Below, in pieces: positions 15,657 to 22,845 of a stretch of 24,830 nt of DNA. The first letter of the stretch is position 1. Every line of letters starts with the position of its first letter. This DNA is from Nitrosarchaeum sp. (GTDB lineage: Archaea > Thermoproteota > Nitrososphaeria > Nitrososphaerales > Nitrosopumilaceae): assembly GCA_018334095.1 (NCBI GenBank), contig JAGXTE010000001.1:30001-54830 (forward strand). Reading direction: 5' to 3'. Position numbers and translations under genes: made by a program. The notes under the pieces are model-generated. The model saw only the letters and a program-made list of their open reading frames with translations. It was not told where the DNA came from and ran no database searches.

Positions 15657-17419
15657 CTGATTACAAGAATCTGGCCAAATTACGCACAAAAAGGCCACAA
15701 AACAGAGATTCTGCACAATCAAAGATTCGCAAAATCAATGCACTTGATACAGAAACCTACAATGGGGATATCTTTCTAATAGCAGACTCTGATGGTCTAT
15801 ATCTTGATGATATAACTTCAGATAATGTAATTCACTTTTTATTTTCAAAAAAATATCAAAATGCTTGGAATTTTTTTTATAATTTGCAATATGACGCTGA
15901 AGTGATACTAAAGTTATTGGGAAATGAACTATTTCGATACAAACAAACTGGAAAATTAGAATTCCTATACAAACAATTCAAAATAGAGTACATTCCATCA
16001 AAATTACTAAGAATAAAAAAAGGCCACCACAGCGTATTATTTTTTGATATTGCTCAGTTTTACACAAAATCATTAGTTGATGCATATGAGCAAAACATTG
16101 GAGAATTACCCAAGACATATTTGGAGATAAAAGAAAAACGCTCTCACTTTACAAAGCGATTTTACAATCACAACAAGAAAAAAATTAGAAGTTACTGTAT
16201 TACTGATTGTATTCTTACAAAGAAACTATCTGAGCACTGGATTGCACTGTTTAATCAAGCATTTTCGTTTTATCCTGCAAAATGGTCTTCATCAGGATAC
16301 TTGGCAGAAAAAGTACTAATCAACAATGGAATATTTTTTCCAAAATTTGATTCTATACCATACCAAATTCAGGATTTAGCGTTTAGATCATACTTTGGGG
16401 GAAGATTTGAAATGATAAAGCGGGGATTTATTGGCAAAGCGTACCTTTATGATATTAATTCAGCATATCCACATGCCATATCTCAACTCCCTGATCTAAA
16501 TGATGGTAGATGGATTAAACGAAAATCCATTTATGATAAAGCAAAACTTGGTTTCTTTAAGATTCTAGCAAACATCCCAGATGATAAAATCATCCCACCA
16601 TTTGCCTTTAGAGCAAATCATAACATTGTATTTCCATCTGGAAAATTCATTACATATTGCACATTGCCTGAACTTTTAGCCTGCAATGAGCCTAGTTTTT
16701 ACAAAATTTTGGAAGGATACCAGTTTGTGCCAAATTCTAATGTCTTACCATACAAAGATTTCATAGAAAAATTATATCAAAAACGTCTAAAACTAAAACA
16801 AGAAAACAATCCATTACAGCAACCAATCAAAATTATCTTAAATTCCATTTATGGCAAAACAGGACAAAAAATAAACAGAATAATTGGAAATTTATTTAAT
16901 CCCGTAATATTTGCAAGCATCACAGGACATACTAGAGCACAACTATACCAATTCATTATAAAAAACAATCTAGAAAAAAACACTATAGCATTTGCCACAG
17001 ATTCTATCTGCATAACAAAAAAACTTGACATCAACTCTACTAAACTTGGAGAGTTTTCATTTGATGGAAAAGCAAATGATGTTTTTTATTTACAAAATGG
17101 ATTTTATAGATTCAATGGAATGTGGAAGCAACGTGGATTTGGTAAACTAGGATCTAGAGAAATAGAACATCTAGATACTAAAGAAAAAAATGGCAAGCTA
17201 ATTGCAAAGATGCAAGTTTTACGAAACCCTAGATTACGAAGCTCAATAATTCAAAACAATATTAAAAATATTGGAAATATCTCTACAATTAGTAGAGAGA
17301 TTAATCTTAATGCTGATAGGAAAAGACTGTGGCTTGATACAATTACTAACATAAATCAAAAATCAGCTAATGAGTCAGTACCGATTTCTTTGAATCATTT
17401 TACTAAAGAGCAAATATGA
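15635..17419 (+). CDS. polB: protein-primed family B DNA polymerase (pPolB)
   Basis: Motifs are ExoI ALDTETY, ExoII NLQYDAEVI, ExoIII YCITDCILT, Pol A YLYDINSAYPHA, Pol B KIILNSIYGKTGQ and Pol C FATDSICI. The short 594-aa size is typical of protein-primed PolBs. Confidence 0.9.
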   Translation: MAESIPVTDYKNLAKLRTKRPQNRDSAQSKIRKINALDTETYNGDIFLIADSDGLYLDDITSDNVIHFLFSKKYQNAWNFFYNLQYDAEVILKLLGNELFRYKQTGKLEFLYKQFKIEYIPSKLLRIKKGHHSVLFFDIAQFYTKSLVDAYEQNIGELPKTYLEIKEKRSHFTKRFYNHNKKKIRSYCITDCILTKKLSEHWIALFNQAFSFYPAKWSSSGYLAEKVLINNGIFFPKFDSIPYQIQDLAFRSYFGGRFEMIKRGFIGKAYLYDINSAYPHAISQLPDLNDGRWIKRKSIYDKAKLGFFKILANIPDDKIIPPFAFRANHNIVFPSGKFITYCTLPELLACNEPSFYKILEGYQFVPNSNVLPYKDFIEKLYQKRLKLKQENNPLQQPIKIILNSIYGKTGQKINRIIGNLFNPVIFASITGHTRAQLYQFIIKNNLEKNTIAFATDSICITKKLDINSTKLGEFSFDGKANDVFYLQNGFYRFNGMWKQRGFGKLGSREIEHLDTKEKNGKLIAKMQVLRNPRLRSSIIQNNIKNIGNISTISREINLNADRKRLWLDTITNINQKSANESVPISLNHFTKEQI

Positions 17420-17634
17420 AAATAACGAAAATCATAAGATAATTATTTATCTGCACGAAATATGCGAGATTAAGCTTTTGAAGCAAATTACGCATGAATT
17501 TTGATGCTTTTATGGTATTTTCATGTACGAAAATAAAACAGTTATTCACGAGAGAGTTACGAAGAAGAGCTAATCTCGCAACCTGCGAATGAAACTTTCA
17601 TGAGTGAGAAATACGAAGAAGAGCTTTTGAAGTA
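17420..17634. other. 215-bp repeat-rich non-coding spacer between convergent genes
   Basis: The 14-mer tacgaagaagagct occurs at 17558-17571 and 17612-17625. The 11-mer agcttttgaag occurs at 17473-17483 and 17622-17632. An imperfect inverted repeat pairs tgcgagattaagct (17463-17476) with agctaatctcgca (17568-17580). acgaaa(a/t) motifs recur throughout. Confidence 0.5.
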
Positions 17635-18489
17635 TTATTGTAATGAAAAACCACACTTATTGCAAAATGAAGAATCTGTTGGATTAACATTTTTACATTG
17701 TGTGCAGATGGTTGTAAATTTATGCCCACATTTATTACAAAACTTTGCATCAATTGGATTAAAATTATTGCATGATGTACACTTGATTTCTTGCTCGCGT
17801 TTCTGTTTTTCATTATCTTGTTTTCTTAGTTTATCACTCCATTCTTTTTGGGTTTTGATTTGATATTTTACCAGTTTAGCCAATCCGTTCGGATCTGGTA
17901 CAGCATAAAACGTAAAAACAATTTCTCCTTCTGCCATAATATTTACATCGCCAAACGTTTGACTTTCACCAGTACTAAAACTACCTGAACTTCCTACAAA
18001 TGTTCCACTAGCACCAATTCCTGCAAATGTTCCCTCACGTTGAGATTCAGATATTCTTTTTTGATTATTGACTATAACATCAATGTTTTCAGATAATGCA
18101 TACATTGACATCTGATGTTCTTTTAAATCATAAAAATAACATCTGTATTCTGTTAAAGCGTCATACGCTCTTAGTGTTTTATTGACTAACCCTTCTTCTT
18201 TTTTGCGATACCATAAAACTTGTTCATTTTTACATTTTATTGGAAGAAATGGATTTACCCAAAAAGCTTCAATTCTTTTTGTGTCATCATTTTGAAATAA
18301 TACTGGATACTCGGATGTGATATTTTTTTCTTCTAATAATTGTCGACTTTTTTCGATAGATAGAGCCATGTCTCTCTTTGATTTTTCTGGAACCTCTGAA
18401 GCTGGAAGTAAAAATATATCTTCAAGTTCAAATTTTTCTTCATTTTTTTTAACTTCTATCTGCTTTTCTTTTTTACCAAATAATCCCAT
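17635..18489 (-). CDS. double-zinc-ribbon protein with uncharacterised N-terminal domain
   Basis: The C-terminus CTSCNNFNPIDAKFCNKCGHKFTTICTQCKNVNPTDSSFCNKCG is two tandem CxxC..CxxC ribbons. The N-terminal ~220 aa are unassigned. Confidence 0.65.
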   Translation of the reverse strand: MGLFGKKEKQIEVKKNEEKFELEDIFLLPASEVPEKSKRDMALSIEKSRQLLEEKNITSEYPVLFQNDDTKRIEAFWVNPFLPIKCKNEQVLWYRKKEEGLVNKTLRAYDALTEYRCYFYDLKEHQMSMYALSENIDVIVNNQKRISESQREGTFAGIGASGTFVGSSGSFSTGESQTFGDVNIMAEGEIVFTFYAVPDPNGLAKLVKYQIKTQKEWSDKLRKQDNEKQKREQEIKCTSCNNFNPIDAKFCNKCGHKFTTICTQCKNVNPTDSSFCNKCGFSLQ

Positions 18490-18607
18490 AAATTTGAGAA
18501 CATATACAAATTCTTAAGGATTTATTCATTTGTTATATTCATACTTCATTCGTACAAATTTTATGAATTTACGATAAACTAAAATTCATAATTTTTTATG
18601 AAACCAT

Positions 18608-19420
18608 ATGGGTTGGAAAAAACTTTTAGGTGATATTAAAGAAAAATCAGAAAAATTTGTTGAAGAAAAAAAGAAAGAGCGCAATTTAAGACGAATAGAA
18701 CAACAGGAACAAGCAGAACAAAGAGCAGAGTATGAGAATACTGTTAACAAATTACTGGATAAATTTGAAATTCCAGATCTTGATGAATTTTTAATGAAAT
18801 ATCTTAACAATAAACCAGAACCTAAAATAGAAAAAGACCCAGATATAGGAAAAATAACTAAGATACGACCAGGTAGACGAGAATATCTTGATTTTGTTTG
18901 GAGTAATTTTAATGAAAAAGATATCACATATGATCAACTAAAGAATTTTGCTTTAAAAAAGAAAATTATTACTCCAAGTTTCTTTGGAAACGAATCAGAT
19001 GACACTTATGAAAAAAGTGACTTTGAATCAATTATTAATGCAATTCGAGTTGGATTTGAACCTGAAAAAATTACAGATGAAGAACATCTTGAAGCACAAT
19101 TAATGATATTTTTGAAAGCAAAATTTCCAGACAGAAAAATAAGAAGGCAAGTTACAATTCAAGGAAATGACCGACTCGATATTTTAATTGATGATAAATA
19201 TGCCTTTGAACTTAAAGTCCCAAAACAAAGAACAGATTTAAGAAATCTAGGTGCTCAATTAGAAGAATACAAAGAAATGTATCCAAACGTATGTGGATTG
19301 ATCTTTGAAGATATCAATGAAGGAAATCTTTCACAAGATATCATGGATTATGTTGATAAATACAAAAAAAATTATGGGATATCTACAATAGTTTTAGGCG
19401 GTACCAAACGATATTCATAA
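18608..19420 (+). CDS. PD-(D/E)xK (RecB-like) nuclease-fold protein with charged N-terminal region
   Basis: Ordered motifs are EEHLEAQL (E), RLDILID (D), FELKV (ExK) and AQLEEY (QxxxY), the RecB-family/restriction-endonuclease-like pattern. There is no Cas4-type Cys cluster. Confidence 0.55.
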   Translation: MGWKKLLGDIKEKSEKFVEEKKKERNLRRIEQQEQAEQRAEYENTVNKLLDKFEIPDLDEFLMKYLNNKPEPKIEKDPDIGKITKIRPGRREYLDFVWSNFNEKDITYDQLKNFALKKKIITPSFFGNESDDTYEKSDFESIINAIRVGFEPEKITDEEHLEAQLMIFLKAKFPDRKIRRQVTIQGNDRLDILIDDKYAFELKVPKQRTDLRNLGAQLEEYKEMYPNVCGLIFEDINEGNLSQDIMDYVDKYKKNYGISTIVLGGTKRYS

Positions 19421-19485
19421 TAATACAACATCAGTTATTCTTTGAGAATTATTCTTGGTAAATTATAAGGATTTATGAAATTAAG

Positions 19486-19513
19486 ATTGTGTTTTTTTAA
19501 TCAAAAACACAAT
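19486..19513. promoter_or_regulatory. perfect 11-bp stem hairpin/palindrome (terminator or operator)
   Basis: attgtgttttt (19486-19496), a ttaatc loop, then aaaaacacaat (19503-19513), followed by acttttt. It lies 66 nt after the stop of 18608-19420 and 30 nt before the ATG at 19544. Confidence 0.5.
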
Positions 19514-19543
19514 ACTTTTTCAATAGAATCCCAATAATAGAGC

Positions 19544-20248
19544 ATGGCCATAATCTATGGCATTTCAGAGGCTACAAAAGAATTCCTAAAGAAATTACCA
19601 AAGGAAATCAAATCCCTTGAAGATATTGAAAAAATACATCAAAAATTATCCCAAGAGTATGATGAACTAGAAAACAAGGGATTAATTGCTAAATTTAGTC
19701 GTTGGAATAAAAAAAGACAAATAAAAAAAATTGAAGAAAATACTGACAGTAAAGAACACCGAGGTGCACGAGGTGAAGTTCTAGCATTAGAGAAACTATC
19801 AGAACTACCTGATGATTATCACATATTCTGTGGAGTAAACAAGGTACTCAAAGATTATGTCACCTATCGAAGAAAACGAAATCTAAAGTCAGCCCAGATG
19901 GACTTTGTCGTAGTATCAAAAAGGGGTGTATCAGTAATTGAGGTAAAAAACTGGAGTTCACATTATTACAATAATTACTATGGATTGCCACCACATGAAC
20001 AAGTAGACAGAGCAGGTCGTGTCTTGTGGATATCGCTAAAGTCTTCTTGGTTTGCACCAAAAGATCCACCAATTTCTAGTGTATTACTAGCAATTCAAGG
20101 AAATATCAACTATGATGATAATTATGGATATGTCATTGTAAAGAATCTAAACAATATCAATTACTATTTGCAAAATAGAGAAATACAGTTTTCTGAAAAA
20201 GAAGTATCTAGATTAATTGGTAGAGTCAAAGGAGACATAACAACATGA
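19544..20248 (+). CDS. NERD (nuclease-related domain) protein
   Basis: GARGEVLALEKLSELPDDYHIF...AQMDFVVVSKRGVSVIEVKNWS matches the NERD pattern G..GE...L...D.vvv...gv.viEvKn. Confidence 0.7.
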   Translation: MAIIYGISEATKEFLKKLPKEIKSLEDIEKIHQKLSQEYDELENKGLIAKFSRWNKKRQIKKIEENTDSKEHRGARGEVLALEKLSELPDDYHIFCGVNKVLKDYVTYRRKRNLKSAQMDFVVVSKRGVSVIEVKNWSSHYYNNYYGLPPHEQVDRAGRVLWISLKSSWFAPKDPPISSVLLAIQGNINYDDNYGYVIVKNLNNINYYLQNREIQFSEKEVSRLIGRVKGDITT

Positions 20249-20349
20249 TTGTTTTATAGTACATATAATTATTAACAAAGATATTTTGCATGTTAGATTA
20301 AATCATGTAAAAAATTAGAATTTTCAAACATATCAAATAATCAGTAATT

Positions 20350-21309
20350 TTGGTTAGAAAAATCATGTCTTCATTTCTTCTAAAAAAGAAATCTAAAAAA
20401 TCATTTTTAGAAGGAATTCAAATTTTAGAATATTCTACAAGAGAAAATTATCGGTCAGCACTTAAACAATTTGAAACATTTTGTAATTTTTATTATAATA
20501 AAACTATTCAATATATAATAGATGAAATAAAATCATTAAAACAAGAACAAAAAGATGAAGCGTTTCTTGGAATGTTGCAAGAATTTGTTAATTGGATGAA
20601 AAAAACAACATTGGCAAATACTACAATTCAAAAATACTTTCAAATTATTATTTATTATTTTAGCTATCATGGGATTAGAGCACATCCTATAGATCTACGA
20701 CAAAATATCAAACTCCCAAAAAAGTTTAAAGAAAAACTTCATTCATTAACCAAAGAAGAAATAATTCAATTATTCAAATTCACTCCTCAATCAAGACAAA
20801 TGTTGTATCTAGTATTGATTGGATCTGGTATGAGAATTAGAGAAACTGTAGCATTACGAAAAAAAGATTTTGATTTAGACTATCCAAAAAGAATCAAAAT
20901 AGAAATACCGGCTCAATTTACAAAGACAAAAACTGCACATACAACATATGTTTCAAAAGAGGCCGAATCTCTCCTAAAACCACACTTAGAATCCATAAAA
21001 AATAACGATTTAGTATTTGCAACAAATTCTATTCCATACCATGCATCTATGACTGAAATAGGGGCTTTTGCCAGATATAGAGAAAAAGCAGGATTGACTC
21101 GAATTTATGAATCAACTAAACGACATCATATATCACTTCATTCTTTTAGATCGTATTTTTTTATTCGTGCTAGACGAATACATGATACAGATATTGCTCA
21201 TGCAATGATAGGTCATTCTACGTATCTTGATATGTATGACAGAAAAGAAGACGATGAAAAATTAGACTTGTTTCTAGAAGTTGAAAATGAACTAAAAATT
21301 TGCGGATAA
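20350..21309 (+). CDS. tyrosine recombinase / phage-type integrase
   Basis: Catalytic pattern is GMRIRETVALRKKDF (R), SLHSFRSYF (HxxR) and IGHSTYLDMYDR (H...Y), with an N-terminal SAM-like core-binding region. The start is TTG 20350 or ATG 20365. Confidence 0.8.
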   Translation: MVRKIMSSFLLKKKSKKSFLEGIQILEYSTRENYRSALKQFETFCNFYYNKTIQYIIDEIKSLKQEQKDEAFLGMLQEFVNWMKKTTLANTTIQKYFQIIIYYFSYHGIRAHPIDLRQNIKLPKKFKEKLHSLTKEEIIQLFKFTPQSRQMLYLVLIGSGMRIRETVALRKKDFDLDYPKRIKIEIPAQFTKTKTAHTTYVSKEAESLLKPHLESIKNNDLVFATNSIPYHASMTEIGAFARYREKAGLTRIYESTKRHHISLHSFRSYFFIRARRIHDTDIAHAMIGHSTYLDMYDRKEDDEKLDLFLEVENELKICG

Positions 21310-21359
21310 GAACAATTGGTAGGATATTGTTTTTATTCATGTTTACTATGTGAGCCATA

Positions 21360-22778
21360 ATGTCAATGCTATTGTTTGGGGCAGGTGCGTCTAGACCGTT
21401 TGGGATTCCAACAATGCAAGAAATGGTAGATGATTTTGAAAGGGAATTATCTCAATCCACAATTCATTTTACATTTTACCAAGATATCAAAAAATCATTA
21501 GTAGAGCAATATGGACCAAATAAAACAGATATTGAATCAATTCTATCTGTACTCCAAGGGATTGGAGAAAATGTCACTCCAAGTGATTTAGGTCATTTCA
21601 CATATTATTATATTTCAAAAAATTGTTCAAAAAAGAGTTTTTCTGAAGAGGATATAACTAAAGCAAAAGAAATTACAATTAAACTAAAAGATTACATAAA
21701 AACAAAATGCCAGGTAAATTCAAAAGATCTTACAAGTATTTATTCAAAAACATATTTGCCATTATTCCAAAATTTAGCAGGAACAAAATTTCTCTATCAT
21801 GGAAATTTTGAACTTGCCACTGAATGGAAAAGTTTTACAACAAATTATGATGACATTTTTGAAAGATTTTGGAGTAAATTTCAGGAACCCAATAGTCATT
21901 TTGAGAGACAGGGAACTTCAAATAACTATATTTTCAATTCAAATATAACTTTAGACAATCAATCATTATCGAAACTTCATGGTTCACTTGATTGGACAAG
22001 AATTAAGGATACAGATCAAATATTTCGTTCTGCACAAACTGGATTTAATACTCATGAAACAGAAGGAGATGTCATGTTATATCCAATTCAACAAAAAGAT
22101 CTATACCTTCATCCATGGTTTACGTTATTTCAAGACTTCAAAAAAAGTTTAGAAAAATTCAATCAATGGTATATAATTGGTTATGCGTTTAACGATGAAT
22201 TTATTTTAAATGTTATAAAAGAAGGTTTAACAAAAAAATCAAAAACAATGATTGTAATTAATCCTAATGCTGAAGTAATCAGAAATAAATTTCCAGATGT
22301 GCTTAGAAAACAAATTATTGCTTTACCCTATAAATTTGGAGATCAGTATTTTGTCAATAATTTTATTGAATTTCAAAGGAAAGTCAGAAACATAGAATTA
22401 TCTATCCAAACAAACGCTCAATGTTTTAAAATTGAATTCCCATTTAAAGTACATACAGAATATGTGCATAAAATTGAACATGGGTCTTGCGCTAATGCCA
22501 CTGTATTGCCTAACAACCATCAAGTTTTTGAATACAATACAGAAAAAGGTTCAGAAATTTCAATAACATTAAATGCAGATTTTGACTTTGATTATACACG
22601 TATTGAAAATTTGGATTTTACATTTATTTCAAATTCTAAAACTCCTGTTAAATGTACTATAAAAAACCAAAAACGAATTATTGACACTTGTACTCTAAAT
22701 GATTGGACACGTTTAAAAACTGATGAAAATTTTTTGATTAGAGTTAGAAGTGTTAGCTCACGTAATTTTCTTATCTGA
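21360..22778 (+). CDS. SIR2-like (SIR2_2 family) putative NADase with uncharacterised ~130-aa C-terminal domain
   Basis: Motifs are LLFGAGASRPFGIPTMQEMV, FTTNYDDIFE, LSKLHGSLDW and YIIGYAFNDEFI, as in defence-associated SIR2 domains. The stop lies 1 nt before the right TIR. Confidence 0.7.
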   Translation: MSMLLFGAGASRPFGIPTMQEMVDDFERELSQSTIHFTFYQDIKKSLVEQYGPNKTDIESILSVLQGIGENVTPSDLGHFTYYYISKNCSKKSFSEEDITKAKEITIKLKDYIKTKCQVNSKDLTSIYSKTYLPLFQNLAGTKFLYHGNFELATEWKSFTTNYDDIFERFWSKFQEPNSHFERQGTSNNYIFNSNITLDNQSLSKLHGSLDWTRIKDTDQIFRSAQTGFNTHETEGDVMLYPIQQKDLYLHPWFTLFQDFKKSLEKFNQWYIIGYAFNDEFILNVIKEGLTKKSKTMIVINPNAEVIRNKFPDVLRKQIIALPYKFGDQYFVNNFIEFQRKVRNIELSIQTNAQCFKIEFPFKVHTEYVHKIEHGSCANATVLPNNHQVFEYNTEKGSEISITLNADFDFDYTRIENLDFTFISNSKTPVKCTIKNQKRIIDTCTLNDWTRLKTDENFLIRVRSVSSRNFLI

Positions 22779-22779
22779 A

Positions 22780-22832
22780 ATCATCTAGTTACCTGTCTAA
22801 ATCCACACCTAAAAAGGGGGCATTCTATTTTT
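22780..22832. repeat. casposon right terminal inverted repeat
   Basis: atcatctagttacctgtctaaatccacacctaaaaagggggcattctattttt is the inverted partner of 11133-11185 (46/53). Its last 2 nt are shared with the TSD as drawn. Confidence 0.85.
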
Positions 22833-22845
22833 ATTCTCTATCGAT
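22831..22845. repeat. target-site duplication, right copy = last 4 codons plus stop of EF-2
   Basis: The reverse complement of ttattctctatcgat is ATC GAT AGA GAA TAA, which reads I D R E stop and matches the EF-2 C-terminus ...EEYIDRE. Confidence 0.85.

Larger units (their letters stand above)
11133..22830 (+). mobile_element. casposon (Cas1-casposase plus protein-primed PolB self-synthesising transposon; family-1-like), inserted in the 3' end of the EF-2 gene
   Basis: 53-bp TIRs, 15-bp TSD, a solo Cas1 homolog, a pPolB, and no CRISPR array or cas2 in the window. The interior is more AT-rich and more hypothetical-gene-rich than the flanking EF-2 gene. Confidence 0.9.

Noticed and set aside
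17598-17863. ORFs 17598-17813 (-) and 17600-17863 (+)
   Set aside because: They largely overlap the 3' end of the 284-aa zinc-ribbon gene in other frames. Their apparent Cys/His content is just the other-frame echo of the CxxC codons.
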